Part shown: positions 8,290 through 17,223 of the stretch, piece by piece
Layout: the number at the start of each line of letters is the position of its first letter
Numbering within the stretch: the stretch's first letter is position 1
Assembly: GCA_963737445.1 (NCBI GenBank)
Contig: CAVTSO010000013.1
Location: forward strand, 24,756-88,755
Source: an uncultured Actinomycetes bacterium
Lineage (GTDB): Bacteria; Actinomycetota; Thermoleophilia; Gaiellales; JAICJC01
Reading direction: 5' to 3'
Length of the DNA stretch: 64,000 nucleotides
Made by a program: the position numbers and the translations under genes
The notes under the pieces: model-generated
Told to the model about the DNA's origin: nothing
Database searches by the model: none
What the model saw: only the letters and a program-made list of their open reading frames with translations

Positions 8290-10311
8290 TTGACTGTCTC
8301 GATGACCGACCAGACGGTGCTGACCACCTGCCCGCGGGATTGCTACGATGCCTGCGGCATCCTCGTCACCGTCCGGAACGGCGCCATCCGGTCAGTGCGG
8401 GGCGACCCCGACCACCCGGTCAGCCGCGGCAAGCTCTGCCGCAAGTGCTCGATCGGCTACAACGGCGTGTACCTCGATCCGCAGGCGCGGCTGACCACAC
8501 CGCTGCGCCGGGTGGGCGCCAAGGGCGAGGGCCGGTTCACGCCGGTCAGCTGGGACGAGGCGATGGCCGAGATCGCATCGCGCTGGCGTGCGATCATCGA
8601 CGAGACCGGCCCTGACGCGATCCTGAACGCCCACTACACGGGCACCTGCTCGGTGATCGCGTTCGCCTTCGGCTCGCGGTTCTTCCGGCGGCTGGGTGCA
8701 ACCGAGGTCGACCCCGACTCGGTCTGCAACAAGGCCGGCCACGTCGCGCTCGACTACATGTACGGCAGCTCCGTGAACGGCTTCGATCCGCGCAGCGCGC
8801 GGGATGCGGAGTGCATCGTGGTGTGGGGCGCGAACCCCTCGGCATCGGCTCCGCATGCCCACGACCACTGGCTTCCGGAGGCGCCCGGCACGGTGATCGT
8901 GATCGACTCGATCCGCACGCCGACGGCGCAGCAGGCCGACCTGCACCTGCAGCCGTTCCCCGGCAGCGACGCGGCGCTGGCGTTCGCGATGCTGCACGTG
9001 ATCGTGCGCGACGGGCTGGCCGACCGGGAGCTGCTCGAGCGCCACGCGATCGGGTGGGACGAGCTGGAGCCGCAGCTCGAGGCGTGCACGCCGGAGTGGG
9101 CGGAGCCGGTGACCGGCGTGCCGGCGCAGCTGGTCGAGCGGGCGGCGGCGATCTACGGTCGCGGGCCGTCGCTGCTCTGGATCGGCCAGGGCCTGCAGCG
9201 CCAGTCCACCGGCGGGAACGTGATGCGGGCGGTGGCGCTGCTGCCGGCCGTGAGCGGCAACCTGGCCAAGCCCGGGGCCGGGTTCCTGTACCTCAACGAT
9301 CGCTTCGAGATCGACGAGGACTGGCTGGCGGCGCCGCAGCTGGGCGATTCGCCGGAGCCGATCAGCCACATGGACCTGGCCGCACGGCTCGAGCATCCGG
9401 CGCGCAGCCGCAGCCTCTTTTGCTGGAACATCAACATCGCCGCGTCCAACCCCGAGCAGACCAGGCTGCTGGCCGCGCTCGCCCGTGAGGACCTGTTCAC
9501 AGTGGTGGTCGACCTGTTCGCGACCGACACGGGCGACTACGCCGACCTGCTGCTGCCGGCCGCGAGCTTCCTGGAGTTCGACGACCTGGTCGCGTCCTAC
9601 TTCGACCTATCGTTGTCGGCACAGGTGAAGGTGGTCGACCCGGTCGGAGAGGCGCTGTCGAACCAGGAGATCTTCCGCCGGCTGGCGACCGCGATGGGCT
9701 TCACCGAGCCGGAGCTGCACGCTGGCGACCGCGAGATGATCGACGCTATGCTGGCCCAGTCCGGCGTGATCGAAAGCTTCGAGCAGCTGGCGGCGGTGGG
9801 CACGGTGCCGCTGGCGGCGGAGCCGGTGGTGCAGTTCGCCGACCTCGAGTTCGAGACGCCCAGCGGCCGCATCGAGATCGCCTCCGCCGCGGCCGAGGCG
9901 GACGGCCATCCGCGGCTGCCACAGCCTTGGAGCGATCCACGGCCGGCCGCCGGACGTCTGCGGCTGCTGTCGCCGGCCTCGCCCTGGCTGATGAACGACA
10001 GCTTCGCGAACGATCGCAAGATCACGAAGCGGATCGGCCGGCCGAGCGTGACGCTGCACCCGGCCGACGCCGCCAGCCGCGGCCTCGGCGAGGGCGACAT
10101 GGCGCGGCTGTCCAACGCATCCGGCGCGCTCGAGCTGGCGGTGACGGTGTCGGACATCGTGCCGCAGGGAGTGGCCTATTCACCCAAGGGCCGGTGGCTC
10201 AAGCGGGAGCAGCAGCAGGCGAACGTGAACGTCCTGAACGACGGCCGCAAGGCCGACTTCGGCGCCAGCACGTCGGTGCATGGGGTCGAGGTCACCGTCG
10301 AACGGGTTTAG
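8290..10311 (+). CDS. molybdopterin (bis-MGD) oxidoreductase, DMSO reductase superfamily, cytoplasmic type
   Basis: N-terminal Fe-S motif CPRDCYDACG, molybdopterin oxidoreductase core, and a C-terminal molydopterin dinucleotide-binding domain. I saw no Tat signal. The start may be TTG 8290 or ATG 8302. Confidence 0.85.
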   Translation: MTVSMTDQTVLTTCPRDCYDACGILVTVRNGAIRSVRGDPDHPVSRGKLCRKCSIGYNGVYLDPQARLTTPLRRVGAKGEGRFTPVSWDEAMAEIASRWRAIIDETGPDAILNAHYTGTCSVIAFAFGSRFFRRLGATEVDPDSVCNKAGHVALDYMYGSSVNGFDPRSARDAECIVVWGANPSASAPHAHDHWLPEAPGTVIVIDSIRTPTAQQADLHLQPFPGSDAALAFAMLHVIVRDGLADRELLERHAIGWDELEPQLEACTPEWAEPVTGVPAQLVERAAAIYGRGPSLLWIGQGLQRQSTGGNVMRAVALLPAVSGNLAKPGAGFLYLNDRFEIDEDWLAAPQLGDSPEPISHMDLAARLEHPARSRSLFCWNINIAASNPEQTRLLAALAREDLFTVVVDLFATDTGDYADLLLPAASFLEFDDLVASYFDLSLSAQVKVVDPVGEALSNQEIFRRLATAMGFTEPELHAGDREMIDAMLAQSGVIESFEQLAAVGTVPLAAEPVVQFADLEFETPSGRIEIASAAAEADGHPRLPQPWSDPRPAAGRLRLLSPASPWLMNDSFANDRKITKRIGRPSVTLHPADAASRGLGEGDMARLSNASGALELAVTVSDIVPQGVAYSPKGRWLKREQQQANVNVLNDGRKADFGASTSVHGVEVTVERV

Positions 10312-10486
10312 GTCGCAGGCGGGAAGAACCGGTCGCGTTCGCGCGTCTTGACCCTGTAGCCACCACCGGCCCGCGCACTCGCTTCTCCCAGACTGTCCAA
10401 GCGAAATGCGGCTCCTGCGGGCCGGTGGTGGATATGCCCAAGCTCGGTGGGGGTACCCCCTGGCGCGGAAGTACACCAGCCCGCAC

Positions 10487-10690
10487 GCCGCGTTCACGAC
10501 GCTGCTGATGTCGACCGGTCTCACTTTCGGGACGATGGCGTCGCCGTACGGCCTGCAGGCCGGCATCATCGATCGCACCCAGTTCTCGCTGTTGGGGACC
10601 GCGGTGGTGCTGTCGGCGATCATGCCGACGGCGATCGCCCGGCGCTTCTTCACTCCCACCGGGGCGAGCTCGCCGCCGCTGCGGATCCGG
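10487..10690 (+). pseudogene. C-terminal remnant of a cation:proton antiporter (CPA-type)
   Basis: Only ~65 aa (TTLLMSTGLTFGTMASPYGLQAGIIDRTQFSLLGTAVVLSAIMPTAIARRFF) resemble the last TM helices of Kef/NhaP-like antiporters. No upstream body of the gene is present. Confidence 0.5.
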
Positions 10691-10724
10691 CCGAGCGCGG
10701 CAGCCCCAGTCCGCCGCGAGAGGA

Positions 10725-11120
10725 TCATCGCCGTTGCAGCGCCCGGCGAAGCGCGGATCGTTGGTCGGCGAGCTCCACCACGGCGCAACGGAGCCGCTGT
10801 TCGCCTTCGGCCGTCAAGGAGAGCACGGCGGATCGCCGATCCGATGGGTCTTGCGCCTTTTCGACAAGGCCAGCATCGACGCAGCGGGACACAAGGTCTG
10901 AGAGTGTGTTGTGGGGCATCGCGAGGCGCTCGGCCATGGACGTTATTGTCGCCGATTCGCTTCCGTCGGGCGCGCCTTTGATCATCAGTAGCAGGAGGTA
11001 GCGCTGCGGCGTGAGCCGGCACCGGCGCACGACCTTGGCGGTGTCCGCGTCAAAATGGCGAAGGGCGGAGCGGAATCGGGCGACATCCAGAGCCTGCTCC
11101 AGATACGCCCGGTCAGACAT
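10725..11120 (-). CDS. MarR family transcriptional regulator
   Basis: LTPQRYLLLLMIKG...ITSMAERLAMPHNTLSDLVSRCVDAGLVEKAQDPSDRRSAVLSLTAEGE. Confidence 0.85.
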   Translation of the reverse strand: MSDRAYLEQALDVARFRSALRHFDADTAKVVRRCRLTPQRYLLLLMIKGAPDGSESATITSMAERLAMPHNTLSDLVSRCVDAGLVEKAQDPSDRRSAVLSLTAEGEQRLRCAVVELADQRSALRRALQRR

Positions 11121-11564
11121 CTTCTTCGCATTCCATGTCCGGGCAGTCTTACCGCATCACGACCTGCTGGACGCCGTATCGCGCGAGGCTCACCCCCCGC
11201 CTCGGTCCGGGCAGCTTGCCTGCGGCGTGCCTCAGAACGAGCGCGCCGCCTGAGCCAGAAGCCCGCCTGATGTCGGGCCTGAGCCAGAAACCGCCTGCAC
11301 GTCGGGCGCTATCGACGGGCGGCCCGCCAAGCGGTGGGAATGAGCGCACTCGCGGCGCGGCTCGCGCTCTCGAGTCGTCGTAGTCGACTGGTGCTCATCG
11401 CGGTGCATGGCTGTGTTCGAGCCAGACGACCAGCCACTTGAGAAGAGGGTTGCGATGGTCGCCTCGGACAACGGCAAGCATGCCACCCACGAATCCGCCA
11501 CACGGGTCAGCGCACCGGCTGCCGCCACCGCGACGATCACCGCGACTATGCAGTCTTCATTGTG

Positions 11565-11825
11565 TCACCAGCCCGGCACCCTGTCCGTCGACCCGTTGGC
11601 CCCCGAGGGTGCAGCCGCGCCCGCCCAGATCGCCTTTCGCCTGAATCGACCCTGGCTGATCATCACACTCGACCCACACCGGCCACAGCGCCAGGTTGGG
11701 ACGCCGCCAAGGTCACCTCCCGGCGCGAAATCTGCGTTCAGGTGCCCGCGAAGGCCGCACATCGGACAGGAGATCCGGACTTGACGTGCTGGGGACTTGC
11801 CGTCACGAAACAGGATCGTGTCCAC
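11565..11825 (-). CDS. hypothetical small zinc-ribbon protein (CPMC...CGRC)
   Basis: This is the only ORF with protein-like features in an otherwise gene-poor ~1 kb stretch. It has a GTG start and I recognised no family. Confidence 0.25.
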   Translation of the reverse strand: MDTILFRDGKSPARQVRISCPMCGLRGHLNADFAPGGDLGGVPTWRCGRCGSSVMISQGRFRRKAIWAGAAAPSGANGSTDRVPGW

Positions 11826-12107
11826 GCTCGCTCCGTTCCCGCCCGATCGCTACCGGTTAGCAGGGCGATCCAGCGACCTGATGTATCGGGTTACGCCGCA
11901 GTCTTCCCAGTATACTCCGTCGCATCACGACGCATCTCTTTGGTGTCAGCTCTGCTGCGAGCACCAGAGGCGGTGTCAAGATGAATCGGACGTGAACGGC
12001 TCGAAGTCTCGGGACCCCGCGCTTCAAGGGTGGCCGAGCAGCTCGCCACACAAGGGAGGCGCGCGCCAAACACCCGGGCGCTCCGAGGCGTGACGCGAGC
12101 GTCGGGT

Positions 12108-12998
12108 TCAGGCTCGTCGCCCAGCAGGCGGTTCCGACCGCGAAAGCAGTTCGCCGCTGCGACCGTATCTGACCGCCCGGGCGACCCGGTCCGCGGGTAG
12201 TCCGGCGTCGGTCAGCGCGTCGCCGATCTCGCCCTCTCGAAGCCATTTCAGGAACAGCCATGCGAACAGCACGATCGTGACGATGCTGCCCTCCGTCAGC
12301 ATGACGATGCCTGCCAGATTTTGATCCTCCAGCGGTCCGATGCCCCAGAGCCGTGGACGGATCGCCGCGTAGTAGGTGAAGAACACGGTGTGCGACCACA
12401 TGAACGCGAACGCCAGCACGGTGTCGATGAAGCGGACGCCGAGGATGTAGAGCAGCTTGATGCCCGAGCCGAACCACCGGGGCCCGGGGAGCGGTTCGAG
12501 CAAGGCTGACCACAGCAAGATGCCGCAGGCGATGAAGCAGCCGTGCTCGACCGCATGAATCGCATCGTTGCGAAGCGCGGCCTGGTAGGGGCCGGGAAGA
12601 TGCCACGCGTAGAGATCGGCGGCCCACACCGGCAAGGCAACCAGTGGGTGTGCGAGCGCACGCAGCCGTCCCGCCATGGGCAGGGCAAGCACCGGCCTCA
12701 AGAGGGCTCCGTCCAGCCCCGCGACGATTAGCAGGGGACCGATGTCGCCCAGCAGGATGTGTTGCACCATATGCACCATGAAGAGGCGGTGCTCGCCGAT
12801 CCAATCGATCGGCGACACCAAGGCGAGCAGCACAATCGCTAGGCCCGAGAGGAAGCAAGCAACTCGCCAGGTCGGCACGGGATGTCCGCGCGCACGGATC
12901 GTCGCCGCGCGCCGCAGATACAACATGGCGACAGCGACCGCAGGCACGACGTCGAGCGGCTGGAACGTCCACACCCAGACGGAACTCAAGAGCGCCAT
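12108..12998 (-). CDS. cytochrome c oxidase assembly factor CtaG-like (Caa3_CtaG family) membrane protein
   Basis: Polytopic membrane protein with the family-typical HMVQHILLGDIGPLLIVAGL and later HAVEHGCF segments. Confidence 0.7.
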   Translation of the reverse strand: MALLSSVWVWTFQPLDVVPAVAVAMLYLRRAATIRARGHPVPTWRVACFLSGLAIVLLALVSPIDWIGEHRLFMVHMVQHILLGDIGPLLIVAGLDGALLRPVLALPMAGRLRALAHPLVALPVWAADLYAWHLPGPYQAALRNDAIHAVEHGCFIACGILLWSALLEPLPGPRWFGSGIKLLYILGVRFIDTVLAFAFMWSHTVFFTYYAAIRPRLWGIGPLEDQNLAGIVMLTEGSIVTIVLFAWLFLKWLREGEIGDALTDAGLPADRVARAVRYGRSGELLSRSEPPAGRRA

Positions 12999-13267
12999 GA
13001 GCCGCCGCTACCCTCGGGTTGTGAGACGAGCTCGTTCCACCCGCCCCGCGTACTCACGTACGAGTGGCGACCGAATGGCCGCCAGACCTCGATACGGCGA
13101 TTCCAATGGCGTCTCATACCGGTTGGGTTCAACCCATCGCGATCAAGCCCACCCAAAGCTGGCGAACACTGATGAGCCTCACCGCGTCGGGGAGATCTTT
13201 CGCCGATACCGGTGGTCGGCCATCTCATGGCACAAGCACAGACGGGCGTGCGCTCACGTTGGCCAAG

Positions 13268-13286
13268 TATACCGTAATACGGTATA
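13268..13286. promoter_or_regulatory. AT-rich 19-bp palindrome TATACCGTA-a-TACGGTATA upstream of the CtaG-like gene
   Basis: Perfect 9-bp arms, read directly. It lies in the 330-bp gap between two same-strand genes, ~270 bp upstream of the CtaG-like start. Confidence 0.35.
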
Positions 13287-13328
13287 AATCGTCAGCTTCT
13301 CCAAGCCGGGTTGCAGATGCGATCATCA

Positions 13329-14372
13329 TCAGTGCGTCGGCTGCTCGCGGGGCGCGCGCTTGCGTGCCGCAAGATGCCGCGGGTTGACGCGCTGCTGGGG
13401 GGCAACGGCGAGGACGAAGCAGAGCATCGCGCCGATGCCGCAGGCTAGCGACACCGAGGCGGCCGACCGTTCCACCGGGGCCGGCATGGCGGCCATGACG
13501 TATCCGTGTGTGAGCGTGGGTAACAGCACCAGACCCTGGTACAGGCCGAATGCGCCGACCATGAAGCTGGTGAACGGGCGTACGTTTGACCGGACGAATG
13601 CCACCAGGGCGAGCAGCGCCAGTACCACGGTCAAGGCGAGATCCACGCGCTGCCAGGCCGATACGTCCGGATGGCCGTACAGCTCGCGACCGATCCTGCC
13701 GGCCGCCACCGCCGCCACGGTCAGCAGAGCCAGGAGCGCCCCTAGCCTCTGGATGATGCGTTGGTCGCGCGCGCGGATCAGCGCGGCCAGGCAGACCAGG
13801 CAGACCACGGTCGGCCAGAACCACAGCAGCGACGGATCGGCCGCCCGCCAGAGCTGCCCGCTGATTACGTGCTTGGCCCCATTAATCGTGAGCGGTACCG
13901 TCCATGGCCCCACGTCGCCTGCGGCGGCGTTTGGCGACGAGAGGGCCAGCGTGTGCAACCGGTCCTCGTGCCACATGTAGCTGTGTGAGTCGGTCATGTG
14001 CTTCCATGAGGGAGGCGCCGTGGCGTCGGTGCCCTTAGGCGCCGCAATTGGCGTCGCCCGGTTCAGGTAGGTAGTGGGCGAGCGGATGTTTTCGTCAACG
14101 CCGGCCTGGTTAAAGCGCAGGTACGGCTCGCCGAACCGGCCCACCACGATCACGCTCAGCACCGGGTTCACGCTCATCCACAATCGTTGATCGCCGTCGA
14201 CCACGCGCACGGCGATGCCTGGAGGAACCGCGTCGACCTTCGCGAGAAAGCTCGTGGCGACGGGATCGGTGTGTCCCGCGTGGGCGGATGCGGCCGCCGG
14301 CTCTAGCGCCGGCGCGGCGAGGATGCCCGCCACGACCGCGCAACGCAGGGTCCAGCGGGCGGCCAGACTCAA
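13329..14372 (-). CDS. membrane protein: signal peptide, periplasmic domain and 4-5 C-terminal TM helices (function unknown)
   Basis: The TTG start at 14372 overlaps the upstream stop (TTGA). Signal peptide LSLAARWTLRCAVVAGILAAPALEPAAASAHA. The tracked 472-aa ORF's N-terminal extension overlaps the upstream gene and was discarded. Confidence 0.6.
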   Translation of the reverse strand: MSLAARWTLRCAVVAGILAAPALEPAAASAHAGHTDPVATSFLAKVDAVPPGIAVRVVDGDQRLWMSVNPVLSVIVVGRFGEPYLRFNQAGVDENIRSPTTYLNRATPIAAPKGTDATAPPSWKHMTDSHSYMWHEDRLHTLALSSPNAAAGDVGPWTVPLTINGAKHVISGQLWRAADPSLLWFWPTVVCLVCLAALIRARDQRIIQRLGALLALLTVAAVAAGRIGRELYGHPDVSAWQRVDLALTVVLALLALVAFVRSNVRPFTSFMVGAFGLYQGLVLLPTLTHGYVMAAMPAPVERSAASVSLACGIGAMLCFVLAVAPQQRVNPRHLAARKRAPREQPTH

Positions 14373-15769
14373 GCTGGCTCCAGTCGTCGCACGCCGCGGA
14401 TCAAGGAGCCGACCGTGAAGGGGTAGGGGATCACCTGGCGTTCGTCCCCGTTGCGGTCGATCAGATACACCAACTCGGTGTGGGAGATCTCGTGCACCAC
14501 CTGCCCCTCCAGCGTCATCCGTTTCACCTGCACGCCGATCTTGTAGGCGCGCCACACTTGCGCCAGTTGCGCGTGCGACCCGACCGCCCAGCGCCACTGG
14601 TCGCCGACCTGCCAGTTGCGGACGTCTTGAATGAGGTGGGACTGTGCATTGCCCCAGGGATTCACGCTCACCGCCACAACGGCCGGTTTGCTTCGGGCCG
14701 GCAGTCGCCGCTCCATGTCGCCGATCAGGCTGGCTTCCAGCGGACACAGGTTTCGGCAGACGGGATCGACGAACGCCAGGATGACGACGCGGCCGCGGAG
14801 GGCGCGAAGAGAGACCGGCCGGCCTAGCTGGTCACGGAGTGTGAACGGCGGCGCTGGACGCGTTCCGGCCGGCCACGTAAACCCATCGATGCTGGAGGAT
14901 GAGGTGAGCGATCGTGACGCGCCGGTAGACATGTGCGCGGGCAAGAACACCGCTGCGGCGCCACCTGCGATCACGGCGACTGGCACCCCCACCATAAGAA
15001 AGGTCGCAAGTGGAGTCGGACGCCTCAGCTGTGCGGTGAGCCGGCTCGCGGCACGCGCCAGCCGCGCCGCCCGGGCCCGGGGCAACCAGGGCGGTGGTCG
15101 CAGGCGCAGACTGACCGTCCACGCCGCCACGATCAGGATGATGCCGACGCCGAGCACGGCGTCACGAAGCAGATTGAACCCGCCCGCCGGATTCGGCCGG
15201 CTCCGCGCCGTGTCCATTGGCGCAGCCCCGCCGGCCGGTAGCGGATGCCCAGCCGCCGAGGCCAGGGCGCGGACCGCGTTGCCCGCTGCCTTCACCAAAC
15301 CCCCCACGCCCCTGGGGATCGCGATGCCTTGCAGGGCCGCCTGCTTGCTCGTCACCGGCCGCTTTCCGTCGTAGACGCCGAACCCGTTCGGCATCACCAC
15401 CAGCAACGGACCGTGGTAGACGTATGACAACTCGGCCCCTAGGAACCGGGCATACGGCTGTGGCTTTCGCCACAGCGGTGTAATGGAGCCCAGGTCGTAG
15501 GCTGAGCTGATGACGGCGACCTTGATCGGGGCGCCAGCGCGGGTGGACATGGCCACTAGCTGGGCTAGCTGCGCACGCTCGGCCGCCGGCGCGCTGGGCG
15601 TCAGGAACACAGACTGCGAGAACAAGTAGTCGCTGGCCGGGTCGCCGTCGGCGCGTGCGACGGCAGGCGACCAAACGGCCGAAGCGGCGAGCGCGATCAC
15701 AGCGGTCACCAGCGCAAGCCCACTGGCGGCGGCGCGACGGTGCCGTCTCGATGCCGCGGCGTGGCTCAT
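14369..15769 (-). CDS. fusion protein: N-terminal exported domain of unknown function, TM segments, and a C-terminal SCO1/SenC-type thioredoxin-like domain
   Basis: I chose the start MSHAAASRRHRR at 15769. The C-terminal domain has the SCO-type motif ILAFVDPVCRNLCPLE (CxxxC) and a downstream conserved His (HTELVYLID). Confidence 0.7.
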   Translation of the reverse strand: MSHAAASRRHRRAAASGLALVTAVIALAASAVWSPAVARADGDPASDYLFSQSVFLTPSAPAAERAQLAQLVAMSTRAGAPIKVAVISSAYDLGSITPLWRKPQPYARFLGAELSYVYHGPLLVVMPNGFGVYDGKRPVTSKQAALQGIAIPRGVGGLVKAAGNAVRALASAAGHPLPAGGAAPMDTARSRPNPAGGFNLLRDAVLGVGIILIVAAWTVSLRLRPPPWLPRARAARLARAASRLTAQLRRPTPLATFLMVGVPVAVIAGGAAAVFLPAHMSTGASRSLTSSSSIDGFTWPAGTRPAPPFTLRDQLGRPVSLRALRGRVVILAFVDPVCRNLCPLEASLIGDMERRLPARSKPAVVAVSVNPWGNAQSHLIQDVRNWQVGDQWRWAVGSHAQLAQVWRAYKIGVQVKRMTLEGQVVHEISHTELVYLIDRNGDERQVIPYPFTVGSLIRGVRRLEPA

Positions 15770-15948
15770 CCGTGCCTCGGGAAGCCGTAGTTGTCGTGCG
15801 GAGGCACGAACCTGGCCACTTCGATCACGATCTCTTCGTGCTCGAACAAAACCGATGCGGGCCGGCAGCGCCACGCCGAGCCGTTCACGAAGACCCGTAC
15901 GCGGCGACGGAAACCGAGCACGCGGCGTGCCGTGAGCGCATTCCACAC
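15766..15948 (-). CDS. possible small ORF (60 aa), or the true C-terminus of the upstream DyP gene in another frame
   Basis: Its stop overlaps the ATG of the SCO-like gene (ATGA), and GC at third codon positions looks coding-like. I recognised no family. It overlaps the tail of ORF 15885..17288. Confidence 0.25.
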   Translation of the reverse strand: MWNALTARRVLGFRRRVRVFVNGSAWRCRPASVLFEHEEIVIEVARFVPPHDNYGFPRHG

Positions 15949-17219
15949 GGCGAAGAGCCGCCGCCGGCATGGGCCGGGGACCTTGAGGCATCGCTTCCCC
16001 CCACCAGAGGGAACGCCCTGTCTCTTCGCGGCGGCACCGCATAGTTTCCTCGCCGCTCCACGAAGATGAAATCATTGATGCCATTGTTGACCGTCTCGGT
16101 GATGGCCGGGTTCATGTACGGTGCCCTGGCCGCGTTCATGGCACGGCGCGTGGCCACGAAGTCGTCGATCGTCCGCTGCAGCGACACGAAGTGCAGGCCG
16201 GCCTGTCCGCCGTCAACGGTGTTGAAGTCGCGGCGCAGGATACGCGGGCGGCCATTGACTCGGGCGCGCGCCGACGCCTGGGCATGGCCGACCACGCCCA
16301 ACCGGCGCGCGGCCTCGGCCAAGCGATGGGGGTGTGAGGGGGCGTCAACGGTGAACGCGCGGGCCCGCGCCAGCGTGACCTGAGGAGCATACATGCGCGC
16401 CACCCGCCCCGGCTCGTCCAGGAGCCGGTACCAGTCGTCAAGCTGCAGCCGCATATAGCTCACGTGCATCGTGGTGCCCCCGGCCATCACGCCCTCGCGG
16501 ATCGTCACGCCAGGCTCGGTCGCCTGGTTGCGACGCAGCCCGGATCGGAAGCCCATGAACAGCGGCGCGGCCGCGGGCACGACGTTTCCGGCCGGAACGC
16601 CGGCCACTCCCTGGTGCGACGCGGGCAGTCCCGGCCCCACGAACCCGGTACGCGTCTCTCGCCAGTGCAGCACGCCACGCAGGTCGAGCTCGTCGGCCAC
16701 GCCGGCAATCGGCTCGCCCCTCACCAGTGCGGCTTCGACGGCGTCCAGTCGGCCCGGCTCGTCGCAGGCAAGGTGCAGGCAAACGTCGTACTCGTCCAGG
16801 ATGGGCAGCTCGAAGCTCGACAGCGACTCCGCCGGTGGTACTGGAGAGGGCACCCCGAGCCATGAGCGGAAGTAGTGATGCCCCCACGCGACCGCGAATA
16901 GCAGGCCCGACGGCGACCACCGGTAGCGGCGCTCGAGCGCCCGCAGCGCCTGCTCGAGGCGATCGGCTGCCGACCCTGACGGCGGGCCGGCAAGGTCGAA
17001 GAACAGGAGCCGGGCGTGGCTTGGTGGCACGACGTTCCCGTCCACGTCGCGGCGCAGCGGCGCCTCCCACGCGTGCTGTGCGGCGGGCAGGCCGTGCGGC
17101 TGGGGGCCCAACCGCACGGCCTGGCGGCGACGGCCGACGACGTCGGCGACGCCGGCACCGGCGGTCGGCGCCATAGCGGACGCGGCCGCACTCGCCAACA
17201 GCCGTCTGCGCGTCAGCAC
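15885..17219 (-). CDS. Tat-exported DyP-type (EfeB-like) haem peroxidase
   Basis: Twin-arginine signal LTRRRLLASAAAS. DyP-like C-terminal region GLHFVSLQRTIDDFV...NDFIFVERRGNYAVPP. I chose the GTG start at 17219, 4 nt after the upstream stop. The last ~45 aa look low-complexity. Confidence 0.75.
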   Translation of the reverse strand: MLTRRRLLASAAASAMAPTAGAGVADVVGRRRQAVRLGPQPHGLPAAQHAWEAPLRRDVDGNVVPPSHARLLFFDLAGPPSGSAADRLEQALRALERRYRWSPSGLLFAVAWGHHYFRSWLGVPSPVPPAESLSSFELPILDEYDVCLHLACDEPGRLDAVEAALVRGEPIAGVADELDLRGVLHWRETRTGFVGPGLPASHQGVAGVPAGNVVPAAAPLFMGFRSGLRRNQATEPGVTIREGVMAGGTTMHVSYMRLQLDDWYRLLDEPGRVARMYAPQVTLARARAFTVDAPSHPHRLAEAARRLGVVGHAQASARARVNGRPRILRRDFNTVDGGQAGLHFVSLQRTIDDFVATRRAMNAARAPYMNPAITETVNNGINDFIFVERRGNYAVPPRRDRAFPLVGGSDASRSPAHAGGGSSPCGMRSRHAACSVSVAAYGSS

Positions 17220-17223
17220 GCCG

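Noticed and set aside
11249-11307. CRISPR-like repeat
   Set aside because: There are only two adjacent imperfect ~30-bp units with no spacers, and no cas genes anywhere in the window.
13329-16084. N-terminal extensions of ORFs 13329..14747 and 14369..16084 (472 and 571 aa)
   Set aside because: The extensions overlap the upstream genes and are Arg/Gly-rich. Internal starts at 14372 (TTGA overlap, followed by a signal peptide) and 15769 (ATG, followed by a signal/TM segment) give sensible proteins.
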